Source: a virus
Strand: one strand, 5' to 3'
Virus record (IMG/VR): IMGVR_UViG_3300009128_000003
Coordinates: 32,001-96,000 of that record
DNA: 64,000 nucleotides
Position numbers and translations under genes: made by a program. Each line of letters starts with the position of its first letter. The stretch's first letter is position 1. The notes under the pieces are model-generated. The model made no database searches. It was not told the DNA's origin and was given only the letters and a program-made list of their open reading frames with translations. Below, in pieces: positions 10,119-19,488 of the stretch.

Positions 10119-10955
10119 GTCCGCGGTGAGCGGCACCTCCATTTCCTGATCATGACCACACTCAGCGCACTCGAAATGCTGTGTTAAGTCAACATTGGGT
10201 GCAGCCAAGTTATAAGCTAAGCGCAAATGGCGCGAATCCATCGAAGGGATATTATCAATCAAATATTTAAGCGCATCGGGCGAATCATCGCCGGCAACAC
10301 TCACAAGCATGCAGTGCAACTGCAAGGTGATCGCCTGTTCCGGCTTCTTGCGCTTGCGTGCGTTTTCAAGATGAGCCACCATCTGTTTCTCATCACGACC
10401 GGTCAAAAGGCGAAATGTGACATCCACATCCGCACGCGGCAATCTGGTTGTGAATGTGCCGTTACCGTTATCAGTTAAACCTAATTTCTGAGCGTTTTCG
10501 CCAGTGTAAATGTTAGCCTCGTTTAAATCAAACGTATAGTCTTGCGTAGCGGCGCAGCTAGGACAACCCACTTGAGTTGTATACTCGCTTCCATAACCTG
10601 AGACCCGGGTGGAAATAATAATTGCATTCTTATCTCCGACAAGCAGGTCGTCAGCACTGATCTGCGCATTCATAAGCAAACTTTCGATCACTCGATCTAG
10701 CGCTACTCCCTTCTTAAGGAGAGTGCGAGAAGTAAGCATATCTTCCTCTTTGGCGGTCATTTGCTTGATTTCTATGCTGTCCTCGCCACACAAAGGATGA
10801 CCTTCCGGGTAATACCTTCCCCCTGATGGCAATTCTACAAACTCTGTTGGAACCACGAAGGAGAACCCCGGGTTCGTGTTTTGTTGGAGCGCTTGTGGGG
10901 GGAGTGAGTCAGCCTCCGGCTTTGAATTCCCTAAGCGGTCTTTATTTCTCGACAA
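10098..10955 (-). CDS. Baseplate hub/tail assembly chaperone (T4 gp26-like)
   Basis: VELPSGG, MTAKEEDML, two CxxC (CPSC, CAEC), ends DFFWP; between tube and tape measure. Confidence 0.75.
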   Translation of the reverse strand: MSRNKDRLGNSKPEADSLPPQALQQNTNPGFSFVVPTEFVELPSGGRYYPEGHPLCGEDSIEIKQMTAKEEDMLTSRTLLKKGVALDRVIESLLMNAQISADDLLVGDKNAIIISTRVSGYGSEYTTQVGCPSCAATQDYTFDLNEANIYTGENAQKLGLTDNGNGTFTTRLPRADVDVTFRLLTGRDEKQMVAHLENARKRKKPEQAITLQLHCMLVSVAGDDSPDALKYLIDNIPSMDSRHLRLAYNLAAPNVDLTQHFECAECGHDQEMEVPLTADFFWPDR

Positions 10956-10986
10956 TGTACACCTCGTTGTTTAATTTGTCTATTTG

Positions 10987-11574
10987 TTATACGTTGAAGA
11001 ACTCGGTTCCACCGCCGCCTGCAACAGATGGGTTCTTGGTCACGACACGTGCCCAATCATAGCGCATGGTGACTGAAAGTTCGGTCAAATCGTCGTTGCC
11101 GTACTCTAGGTTGTCGCCGAATTTAACGTCTGTGACGAAGGAGTTCCAAAGCGTCCATGTTTCTAAATCGTTACCTTCGGCGTCCAGTTGACGCACGATA
11201 ACGGTGCCCAAGCCGCTTGCAGCTTTAGCCTTAGAGATACTAGTGAGATCGTCCGGAGAAGCAGGAGGGCTATATCCGGAAAGTTGAATAATGTCTGCCA
11301 ATGTCGCGGTCATATCCGGGTTGGCAGGATCAACCAAAGTCACCGTGACTTCGTTCCAGCTAACATTTCCGGGGTAATAGAATGTATGGTTTAAATATTT
11401 GTGTTCCGCGGCATTAATCGCGAAAGAAGGCTTTGTGACGGTTTTGGCATACCACAACTGGGCGCCTCCCGCGTTGGGATCGTTAATTCCTTGGAATTCT
11501 ACCACAAACCTAAAGTTTCTTTTGGGATCCTTCATGTCCGCGCTTTGACCAAAATTTTCTGACCAGAATGGCAT
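10987..11574 (-). CDS. Tail tube protein (T4 gp19-like)
   Basis: DPKRNFRF, YYPGNVSWNEVTVTLVD, WTLWNSF..KFGDNLEY..ELSVTMRYDWA; follows sheath. Confidence 0.9.
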   Translation of the reverse strand: MPFWSENFGQSADMKDPKRNFRFVVEFQGINDPNAGGAQLWYAKTVTKPSFAINAAEHKYLNHTFYYPGNVSWNEVTVTLVDPANPDMTATLADIIQLSGYSPPASPDDLTSISKAKAASGLGTVIVRQLDAEGNDLETWTLWNSFVTDVKFGDNLEYGNDDLTELSVTMRYDWARVVTKNPSVAGGGGTEFFNV

Positions 11575-11599
11575 AATTTAATAACTCCTGTTTATATTT

Positions 11600-11607
11600 T
11601 AATTAGT
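11600..11607 (-). promoter_or_regulatory. Putative late promoter motif ACTAATTA
   Basis: Upstream of tube-gene RBS. Confidence 0.55.
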
Positions 11608-11635
11608 GTGACGGAGGGAAAACTCCGCTCTTTTA

Positions 11636-14600
11636 TCAATCATCAAATGATGCGCCGGTTGAAGCAACCACAAAGTCAATTGCGATATATTCGATGGCGC
11701 GGGCTGGCTTAATCATGATCTTCGCATACAGGATGTTCTGATCGATTAAGTCGGGGGTGGTGGTGGAAGAATCAAGAATCAGTTTATAATCGGTGATACC
11801 GAACTGAACCTTGACGTTCGCTAAAAACGGCTCGATAAGAGACGTAAATCGGTTCCAAGTAGCTTGGACATTCTGCTCAAAGAGAACTTGGGTAGAGAGA
11901 ATGGAAATCTGCTTCTTAAGGTAGATAACAAGTCGTCTCACATTAATTCTATCGAGTGCTGATGCGCGCTCCTGCAGTGTCTTCTGACCAAAGACCACAA
12001 TACCTGTGTTCGGGAAAGAAGCAATTGGGTTAATACGTGCCTCATACAGAGTGTCTCGTTCCTTAGATACAAGACGCTCAGTGACCGCTGTAACCGGAAT
12101 TCCAGCGGCGCCGTCGGTAAGTCCGCCGCGGTTAAAGCCAGCGGGAGCGAACCAGACATCAGACTTAGCCTGAGAACTCGCCAAAACGCCCATCATTGCC
12201 ACACTTGGTGGAATCCACAGAAGGCGTCCTGTGTTCTCATCGCGGGTCTGGACCCATGGATAGAAGGTTGCACCATAGCTGGTATCGATTCTTCTGTCTC
12301 TCAGGCTTTTTGCTGCGTTCGTTGGCGTTGTGCCAATTCGGGCGCTCTTCGTGGACTTGTATGCTTCGTGAGACGGAATGTACACGTTCGCCAAGTCAAT
12401 AAGACTCATTGCATCGCCGCGTTCTTCGCACACGGTCATCATGTGGCTTGTCAGAGTGTTGTTGGTCAAGCCCGGAGCCGCCAACAGATTCATGTTAATA
12501 TATTCCGGATCGCGCACTGTGTCAACAGCCCTCTTCCACGTGTGGTAGGTATAGCTGTTTGCCTCAGACGAGCCAATGCCTCCGTTATAAAGAGGATCGG
12601 GCTTCGTGATGTCGAACCCATCATAACCACCGTGGAACGGAGCCGTAAATTGGTTATATCCAAGGTTCAGCAGATCTTCCAAAGATCTTCCTGCCGTTGC
12701 GCGAACATAAGAGTAAGCCGCCCCAGCACCACTATCTGGTCCCGAGTATGAACCCGAGGAATAGTAGAATGCTCCAGCAGGTGACGATGAAGTACAGATG
12801 TTAAGCAAGCTAAAGATTTCAGAGAATGCCTGCACTCCCGGATAACCGGAAGGATAACGCACTCCTGAAGATGCCAGATCGTCTACGCTAGAGGTAATCC
12901 AGTAGCGAAGTGTGTCTGCGCAGCTTGGGTCATACTGTGTAGAGTTGGCTGTTCGGGTGTTCTGCCAACCCCAATATGCGGTTGTTGCTGAAGCTAGTCC
13001 ACCATCCGATGCGCTGTTGCGAAGTCGTACTGTGGGGAATGTCAAGGAGCCGGAGAAGTTTCCGAACGCCGTAGCGCCGGTACCGCCGGTGAAAGTGGCG
13101 CCGCCGACCGTAACGTCTGCATCCGACGTTGCAAGGGAGATGCTGTTACCTGCAGTACCCAAGTAGTCCGTACCTGCCGTCAAATTAACATTAGGGCTAG
13201 CATCCACTGCTGTGGCGGTGGCAGCAAAGTGGTTGGCGCTATCATTGATAGCAGCCACAATGGACGCAACAATCAAGGCAATTGAACCTGCGGATCCGTT
13301 ATAATTATTGTCGCCAGATCCGCGCGATCCAGCCGCGGTGAGAAGTTTTCCGCCAATTGTAATATCTGCAACACTTGGAGAAGAAACCACTGTAATGGTT
13401 TGTGTTGCTTGCGCAACTGCGGCTGACGATGCGGCGCCTGAAAGGAAGGTTCGACGGTCGTTGTTAGATGTACTTGTAGAACCCACAGAATTTCCCGGGG
13501 TGGGTCCAGCAGTCACCGAAGTTGCAGTATGTGATGAGCCAACAACGCGTGTCGACCAGCCCATATAACGGCTCGTGGCTGCCTGACCACCGTTCACGGT
13601 ACTATAAGATGCAGCGGGAAGATCTCGCAGCTTCGGCGGTCCATAATAACCGACAGGAAGCAGCTTGGCGTTAGTTGCGCCGTCATCAACATCTGCATTC
13701 ATTTCGATATATACATAGCGAGATTGATTCTCGTAAGTGCCGTATCGTACAAGGCGTTTATTTGTGGTGTCCCAGCTTTCGTATTGATCGCCGATCTTTC
13801 GTGCGACATAGTTAGGAGAAGCCGGATCCAAGCTAAGATTATCGTATCTTTCGACCACCTGTACCGCACCATCGCTATCAGAGATTGCGCGGAGAATAAC
13901 CGAGAACGTTCCGTAATCAGTAAGACTTGAGTTCGAGACCTTAACATTGCTGATAGACACCTTGAGATTCTTTTGGAGCCACTCGCCATGTCCGCGACCC
14001 TTGAGTCGGAACAGTTTGGTTGACAGTTCCTCTTTCCACGCACTATTATCAGCATCTACGTCTTGTCCGACGAACCAGCCTGCAACCGCTTCACGTGATG
14101 CGAATTTCAGATTGCCCGGGTGAGCGTTAACCGCGCCGGATAGGTTGATTGGAAGCAGAACGGCGGCGGCGGGGGCGCTCACTGCGCTGGCGTCGCGAAG
14201 CTCCTGCTCAAAACTCTCTCCAAGCCAGTAAGCTTCGTAAGAAGAAGAGCCCTGAATAACTCCGGGGGTACTGACCAGTTGAGGGTTAGTGTTAAAGCGT
14301 TTGCGCATGAAAGATTGCTTGGTATCATCAAATCCAAACTTGATAAGCTTTTGGTTATAGGGACTTGTGGTGAGAGAAGATGATATAATCATCGTGAATT
14401 CGTTGTTGGTGTCCGCAGCATAAACGAGACCCACGCCTGCCATATCGGTGTCTGTGGAAGTACCCGCGACTGGCACGCACAACGTTCCCGAGAGCATGAG
14501 AGATCCGGACGTATTAACATACCAGACACCAGCTAGAGAGCCGGTTCCCAAGTCAGCACTCTCGGCTGTGTAGTTCGGGAACACCCAGAGACCATATGTG

Positions 14601-15022
14601 CCACCGGAGCCAGTCTGATCAATGTCGCTGACCGTTGCAGTAGAGCGCTGGGCTTGTTCGGTTTGCCAACCCGCTTTGCCGGCTGTGGTAGCGTCCGAGG
14701 CTTGTTGTCCAAGAAGGCGGATATAGGTCAAAGGAGCAACATTTGCGTTCAGGAACGCTTTTGCTGCGAATGTTCCATACATGGGTGACTGGTTGTTGCC
14801 GTCGCGATATACATCGCCGCCGCCCTTACCGGGTACAGTATCTCCGAACATTTCCACGAAATCAGAATATGATTCGACTTTGATTGGCTGCATCGCCAAT
14901 CCCTTGGTTGAGCGACCGATAACTACCGGTCCGATTGTATCCGCGGATTTGGGAATGAAGGAATTATCAATCTCGTTGATAAACACTCCCGGAGATACAA
15001 ATTTGAAACTTTTGACTGACAT
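11636..15022 (-). CDS. Tail sheath protein (T4 gp18-like) with large insertions
   Basis: N-term FVSPGVFINEID; C-term WFAPAGFNRG, INPIASFP..GIVVFGQKT, DRINVRRL, IKPARAIEYIAIDF. Confidence 0.95.
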   Translation of the reverse strand: MSVKSFKFVSPGVFINEIDNSFIPKSADTIGPVVIGRSTKGLAMQPIKVESYSDFVEMFGDTVPGKGGGDVYRDGNNQSPMYGTFAAKAFLNANVAPLTYIRLLGQQASDATTAGKAGWQTEQAQRSTATVSDIDQTGSGGTYGLWVFPNYTAESADLGTGSLAGVWYVNTSGSLMLSGTLCVPVAGTSTDTDMAGVGLVYAADTNNEFTMIISSSLTTSPYNQKLIKFGFDDTKQSFMRKRFNTNPQLVSTPGVIQGSSSYEAYWLGESFEQELRDASAVSAPAAAVLLPINLSGAVNAHPGNLKFASREAVAGWFVGQDVDADNSAWKEELSTKLFRLKGRGHGEWLQKNLKVSISNVKVSNSSLTDYGTFSVILRAISDSDGAVQVVERYDNLSLDPASPNYVARKIGDQYESWDTTNKRLVRYGTYENQSRYVYIEMNADVDDGATNAKLLPVGYYGPPKLRDLPAASYSTVNGGQAATSRYMGWSTRVVGSSHTATSVTAGPTPGNSVGSTSTSNNDRRTFLSGAASSAAVAQATQTITVVSSPSVADITIGGKLLTAAGSRGSGDNNYNGSAGSIALIVASIVAAINDSANHFAATATAVDASPNVNLTAGTDYLGTAGNSISLATSDADVTVGGATFTGGTGATAFGNFSGSLTFPTVRLRNSASDGGLASATTAYWGWQNTRTANSTQYDPSCADTLRYWITSSVDDLASSGVRYPSGYPGVQAFSEIFSLLNICTSSSPAGAFYYSSGSYSGPDSGAGAAYSYVRATAGRSLEDLLNLGYNQFTAPFHGGYDGFDITKPDPLYNGGIGSSEANSYTYHTWKRAVDTVRDPEYINMNLLAAPGLTNNTLTSHMMTVCEERGDAMSLIDLANVYIPSHEAYKSTKSARIGTTPTNAAKSLRDRRIDTSYGATFYPWVQTRDENTGRLLWIPPSVAMMGVLASSQAKSDVWFAPAGFNRGGLTDGAAGIPVTAVTERLVSKERDTLYEARINPIASFPNTGIVVFGQKTLQERASALDRINVRRLVIYLKKQISILSTQVLFEQNVQATWNRFTSLIEPFLANVKVQFGITDYKLILDSSTTTPDLIDQNILYAKIMIKPARAIEYIAIDFVVASTGASFDD

Positions 15023-15076
15023 ATTGGGTCCTTCCTCTCTTAAATAATACGTTTAATTGATGTCTCAATCATACTT

Positions 15077-15084
15077 TAAATAGT
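15077..15084 (-). promoter_or_regulatory. Putative late promoter motif ACTATTTA
   Basis: Intergenic, upstream of sheath; followed by a leader hairpin (15055-15070). Confidence 0.55.
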
Positions 15085-15151
15085 ATTCCCCAATCCAAAA
15101 GGCTGCGGAACTCCAAAGAAAAATAGCCATTCAGTTCAGGAACTGATTTTG

Positions 15152-16030
15152 TCAGTCTCCAAAGAGTGGAATCGTACCATTAGGCATCACAGTTTCGTTG
15201 GGAAACTGGTATTCAACTGTATTTTCGTCTATCCTTACGATGGGTCGATCATCACTCTCACCTTCCCCAATCAAATACCCCAAAACTCTGATGCTAATCT
15301 CAGAAGTAAACATGCGCATATCTTCCGCAAGGTTGTTCACGTTATTAGAATGCGTGAAGTCTTGCTCGATAAACGCTTCATAGAGGTGCCCATTGCGGCG
15401 CATCACAAAAGAGTTAATCTGTCCTGTGCGCGCAATAAAGGGAGCCAGCATGTCGTTCATTTGTTGTTGGTATTCAGATTTCAGCGTAATCTTATAAGTG
15501 ATGTTGACATAGATCGGGATTGGGATCGACAATGTTTGAATAACTATCTTTCTGTTGACTCTCGGATAATATCTTTGATCTGCCGGGGCGCTTTTTCCAG
15601 TTCTAGTGCCAGCAGCCACCGCAAAGTTGCGTGTCTTATCGGGAACTATTCTTTTCGCCAGAATCATGCGCCCAGAGCGCCCATTCTTGTTCTTGGAGTA
15701 AATGTTGGCTTGAAAACTACCTTTGCGCTGTGGATCTTTAGTGATTGCGGTTCTTTCAACGCTGATAAGGGGCAATTTGAGAGCGCCACCATCGTCTCGC
15801 AATGATTTTTCGTTCTTGATCTGATAGGAGCGCTCCGGTACCTGCCACAGCACCGGGACTTGTGTAAACCCTTCGTTAGTAGAGGTATAAATATCTACGT
15901 CTTTTTTAACCCACGATGTCAGTGCATAATCAATATCCTCAATCCGGGACGCAAGCATACCTATAGACTTGAGTGTCTGATCGCTGGATCCCGTCGGCAT
16001 CATCGCAAAATCAAAGTTATCAGGTAGCAT
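15152..16030 (-). CDS. Tail terminator/sheath stabiliser (T4 gp15-like)
   Basis: VPVLW..PER, LKLPLISVER, PIPIYVNITY; between neck and sheath; start placed at MLPDNF. Confidence 0.65.
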   Translation of the reverse strand: MLPDNFDFAMMPTGSSDQTLKSIGMLASRIEDIDYALTSWVKKDVDIYTSTNEGFTQVPVLWQVPERSYQIKNEKSLRDDGGALKLPLISVERTAITKDPQRKGSFQANIYSKNKNGRSGRMILAKRIVPDKTRNFAVAAGTRTGKSAPADQRYYPRVNRKIVIQTLSIPIPIYVNITYKITLKSEYQQQMNDMLAPFIARTGQINSFVMRRNGHLYEAFIEQDFTHSNNVNNLAEDMRMFTSEISIRVLGYLIGEGESDDRPIVRIDENTVEYQFPNETVMPNGTIPLFGD

Positions 16031-16508
16031 CGAACAACCCCTTTCTGGACCGCTTGCAGGTCGCTGTGACTTCAAAACTATGTCCCACTTGTCCGAACAA
16101 TTTTCTTGGCTCCGATAGTTTAACTATCTCGTAGTAAAAATCTCCGTACAAAACAAAGTCTCCTTCTCGAACTTCCATGTTTTGGTCTTCGCTAAGTCGG
16201 CGCTTGTGAAAGTGGACAGAAATCTCCCAAGTCTTGTCAATTCCGGCATTTTCTAGATATGAGGTAGAATAGTCGGTAAACTCAACTAACGCATAAATCC
16301 GCACCGGGGGCAAATACGTCTTTTTAATGGCTTCTCCATAAAGCTCATGGAAATTGGTACGCTCCATATCAATAGAGTAGTATAAAATCTCCTGTCCGAT
16401 GACCTTTTCAATAAGTTCATCATTAACTTGTTTAACAAGGTCACGTTCTTTCTTGCCAAGGAATAAGGGAGGCGGAGGGGCAGCGGGTCTTTTCCAGTCA
16501 TCAGCCAT
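16020..16508 (-). CDS. Neck/head-closure protein (T4 gp14-like)
   Basis: ELIEKVIGQEILYY, ELYGEA, VREGDFVLY..YYEIV; gene order. Confidence 0.7.
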   Translation of the reverse strand: MADDWKRPAAPPPPLFLGKKERDLVKQVNDELIEKVIGQEILYYSIDMERTNFHELYGEAIKKTYLPPVRIYALVEFTDYSTSYLENAGIDKTWEISVHFHKRRLSEDQNMEVREGDFVLYGDFYYEIVKLSEPRKLFGQVGHSFEVTATCKRSRKGLFDAT

Positions 16509-16516
16509 ATGTTATA

Positions 16517-17788
16517 TTATCCCACAAATATCCCCAATGGGGACACCTTAAGCACGTTAGTCGCTGCGTCAGTAACCTCTTGATCAGATTTCGCCAGAGC
16601 CGGGTATTCCATCTCTTTAAGGAGTTCTCGCAACTTATCTTTAAGCTGTGCTTGCTCTTCTTTTGCTTGCGATAGAAGCTCGGAGTGGTTCAAAGTCACA
16701 CTTTCGCCGGGAATAGGGATGGTTGTAAACTTTCCTCGAATCTGACCCAACATCTCTTTGCACACTGCTAGCGCATACTTGCGAATCCACTGTTTTCCGA
16801 TGGAATTGATGTTTTTATAAGGCAGGTTGTCAAACGGCAGTGTATTCATGTTATTAATGCCGCCAACGGAACCCGTATAGGTGGTGGCTTCATATGTGGA
16901 CTCATTATTAACGTAAAACTTCACCCAAACGCGTGTTTGATCCTCTCCGCCCCAATTAGAAGGCGTCGGAGACAATCTCAATTTATTGTCGATGATCTCG
17001 TATGAATAGTTTGAGGTTCTGGTTTGAATAGAGTCTTCGTACATCATGGCTTGCAATTTGTTCTGCCATGTGGGAACAATCTCGAAAGTGGAGTCATCAG
17101 CAAACTGTCCATAAGTAGAGGAGTTACCTACTACCCCAATACCGCCATAATAGCCGTAAAAGCGCCACATAGCGCGTGGAGATCTAAAGAAGACCTGAGT
17201 GACGGTAATGCGTTTTCCTGCAACCATGTTGGCGTACGGAACTGCCGTCCCTCCATCATCTACTCCCGAAGTGGACGCACTTTGGATAATAGCTTGAAGA
17301 TCGTAGTCCTGCTTGTTAGTGCGTGTTTTAAAGGAAGCTGAATACTGCGGAATGGTGCCGCCAAAGCCTGCGGCTGCGGCGCCTCCGTCCCCAACGCGCA
17401 TTGAATAGCCAATCGTGAAGCGCGGATATTTTAAGTTGCGATTAGCTGGACCGGTTTTAAGATCGCCTTTGTGATCAAACGTGCCGGTGGTCTCTCCCAA
17501 GAAGGTTGAGAGTGAGTTCTTACTCTGGTGCAAATTAATGATATATGAGTATTCTAAGACTGCCTCTTCATAGGCAGCGTAGACGTTTTCTGCTGTCAAC
17601 TCAATGTCAACAACATCTCCGCCAAGTTTCTTATAGACATACGGAACTTGCAGCATTGCGCCGCTTAGAAAGTCCGAGGAGCCCGTATAAATTCCGAACG
17701 GGACTGCCGCTGCCACACTAGAATAAGTGCCGGTGGCGGGCAGAATAATAGCACTCGTTTCTGATTTAGGATTAAGATTAATTGGCAT
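16517..17788 (-). CDS. Neck/adaptor protein (T4 gp13-like)
   Basis: KKLGGDVVDIELT, WIRKYALAVCKEMLGQIRGKF..IPG..VTLN; start placed at MPINL (GAGGGA RBS). Confidence 0.8.
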   Translation of the reverse strand: MPINLNPKSETSAIILPATGTYSSVAAAVPFGIYTGSSDFLSGAMLQVPYVYKKLGGDVVDIELTAENVYAAYEEAVLEYSYIINLHQSKNSLSTFLGETTGTFDHKGDLKTGPANRNLKYPRFTIGYSMRVGDGGAAAAGFGGTIPQYSASFKTRTNKQDYDLQAIIQSASTSGVDDGGTAVPYANMVAGKRITVTQVFFRSPRAMWRFYGYYGGIGVVGNSSTYGQFADDSTFEIVPTWQNKLQAMMYEDSIQTRTSNYSYEIIDNKLRLSPTPSNWGGEDQTRVWVKFYVNNESTYEATTYTGSVGGINNMNTLPFDNLPYKNINSIGKQWIRKYALAVCKEMLGQIRGKFTTIPIPGESVTLNHSELLSQAKEEQAQLKDKLRELLKEMEYPALAKSDQEVTDAATNVLKVSPLGIFVG

Positions 17789-17808
17789 GTATGCGCACTC
17801 CCTCACAT

Positions 17809-17816
17809 TAAATAGT
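17809..17816 (-). promoter_or_regulatory. Putative late promoter motif ACTATTTA
   Basis: Just upstream of the neck-gene RBS. Confidence 0.55.
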
Positions 17817-17855
17817 AAAGACGGCTACAAAACTCAACGCACAGAAACGTTTATT

Positions 17856-18218
17856 TTATGTCGTTGCTGTGATTGTTTTCTTTTTGGTAGAACGTCGCGT
17901 GGTTTTGCGGGCAGGCGCCTTTTTCTTGGTGGCAGGTTTTGCCTTTGTCTTGGTCTTTTTAAAAACAGGTTCTGGTGCAGCTACAGTCTCAACTGGAGCC
18001 GGCTCTTCTACGACTGGGGTGATCGCCGGTGCAACTGTTTCGACTGGCTCAACCACTTCGGTCGTTACTTCTTCAGTAACGGTTTTAAGGGTCGGCTTTG
18101 CTGCAACAGTTTCCACAGCAGTAGTTGTGGTATTGGCAAACATCTTCACTCGGGGGTGGCTGCTATGTTTTACACCAAACTTATTCTTTGACGATAATAG
18201 TCTTCTTTTCTTTCCCAT
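17856..18218 (-). CDS. Hypothetical protein with basic, histone-H1-like tail
   Basis: GGAG RBS; basic N-term, T/V/E/P-rich middle, C-term KKTKTKAKPATKKKAPARKTTRRSTKKK. Confidence 0.65.
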   Translation of the reverse strand: MGKKRRLLSSKNKFGVKHSSHPRVKMFANTTTTAVETVAAKPTLKTVTEEVTTEVVEPVETVAPAITPVVEEPAPVETVAAPEPVFKKTKTKAKPATKKKAPARKTTRRSTKKKTITATT

Positions 18219-18246
18219 TTGGAACTCCTATGTTTTAGTCCAGTAG

Positions 18247-18254
18247 TAAATAGT
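18247..18254 (-). promoter_or_regulatory. Putative late promoter motif ACTATTTA
   Basis: Upstream of the 120-aa gene. Confidence 0.5.
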
Positions 18255-18398
18255 ACAAATATCTGAAAAAATGAAATCTCAAAAAATTGCCGGCGGTATT
18301 TTTGGAGGGATCGCCCTTTTTGCTTTTTTTGCTCGAAATGGAAAACCCCCCAACCCAAAAGGGAAGGGGGGGAGAAATATTGAAATATATTTTAATTA

Positions 18399-18899
18399 TT
18401 AGCCAGTAACAGTAGGCACCTCATCTGCAGAGGCAGATGCCATCCACTGAGAGTCGGTTCCATCATCTTGTACACATGTCATATGTACTCTAGCACCGAT
18501 TCCGGTCTCGGCGATTAGCGTTATAGTCTTGCCGGCAAGATCAACTGTCGGATATGGATTGTTACCATAGTGCACTATCTCGCATTGAAAGTCGTTGGTT
18601 CCGCTGCCATTCAAGTTAAATGTCACCGTCTTGCCCGAACCGACTGGGGCAGTCACAAGAAATGAATAGTGCAGTCCCACATTTCCCGTGCTCGGGGTCG
18701 GTAGATTAACTACAATGTCGTCCGTGCCATCAATGTTAAAATGTGTTCCTCCTTGTGCCGCGGTCAACGTAACTGTTGCCCCTGACGCAGTATTTAATGT
18801 GCTATTATCCACTTTTTTGCGTGGTGAAGAAAGCTGATTTGCTGTGTTTTCGTTAATCAGGCTACGAATTCGTGCCCAACCTACTCTTTTTGTTCCCAT
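18399..18899 (-). CDS. Putative virion decoration protein
   Basis: AGGAG RBS; beta-rich, VVNLP..GLHYSF fibre-type motif; downstream of MCP. Confidence 0.5.
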   Translation of the reverse strand: MGTKRVGWARIRSLINENTANQLSSPRKKVDNSTLNTASGATVTLTAAQGGTHFNIDGTDDIVVNLPTPSTGNVGLHYSFLVTAPVGSGKTVTFNLNGSGTNDFQCEIVHYGNNPYPTVDLAGKTITLIAETGIGARVHMTCVQDDGTDSQWMASASADEVPTVTG

Positions 18900-18964
18900 A
18901 ATATATGTTCTCCTTATAAAATATTAATTAGGTCAATTAACGAAGGGATTTCTCCCCTCGCACA

Positions 18965-18972
18965 TAAGTAGT
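18965..18972 (-). promoter_or_regulatory. Putative late promoter motif ACTACTTA
   Basis: Followed by a GAAA-tetraloop leader hairpin (18940-18961). Confidence 0.55.
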
Positions 18973-19021
18973 ACCCGGCGGTAAACAAAGTCCGGGTTAA
19001 AAACTAATACTTTTGAGATAT

Positions 19022-19390
19022 CTAGGTTGTGATGTATCGCACGGCTACATTAGCATCGGGATCGGTTGTGCTGGATTCGGCGGCAGTCTTGGTGCACCAG
19101 TGGCTAAAGCCGTTCGAAAACGTGATCCCAGTCGGAAACGCAAAACTCATTTTTGTTGAAGCTGGAACCATCAACACCAATCCGGCTGCTGTAGTGCCTG
19201 CTGTCGCATCAGTCACGTCCGCCATCTTAAAATACACGACAAAAGCATTTCCTGTGTTATCGACCTCGACCATATAAAGTATGCCGGAGTCACCGGTGGT
19301 GTTGTCTGCAGCGGTACCGTCTGCATCGCTATCGTAAACGAGCTTAGTTCCGATGGGATTTACTTGAGTGCTAACTGTGACAGTAGACAT
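19022..19390 (-). CDS. Small beta-sandwich protein, putative head decoration
   Basis: AGGAG RBS; alternating beta-strand pattern; adjacent to MCP. Confidence 0.45.
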   Translation of the reverse strand: MSTVTVSTQVNPIGTKLVYDSDADGTAADNTTGDSGILYMVEVDNTGNAFVVYFKMADVTDATAGTTAAGLVLMVPASTKMSFAFPTGITFSNGFSHWCTKTAAESSTTDPDANVAVRYITT

Positions 19391-19436
19391 AATGAATGCT
19401 CCTTTGAGTTGTTATAATATATAGTCTCTTGAAAGC

Positions 19437-19467
19437 AAAAAACCCGCCCTCCGAAGAGAGCGGGTTT
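19437..19467 (-). terminator. Rho-independent terminator after major capsid gene
   Basis: AAACCCGCTCTC-TTCG-GAGGGCGGG-TTTTTT; cUUCGg tetraloop typical of T4-like terminators. Confidence 0.85.
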
Positions 19468-19488
19468 CTTTTAAGCAATTACCAGTGT

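Noticed and set aside
4443-16030. Stand-alone contractile injection system (eCIS/tailocin)
   Set aside because: Capsid, portal, terminase, protease and primase are all present, so this is a phage.
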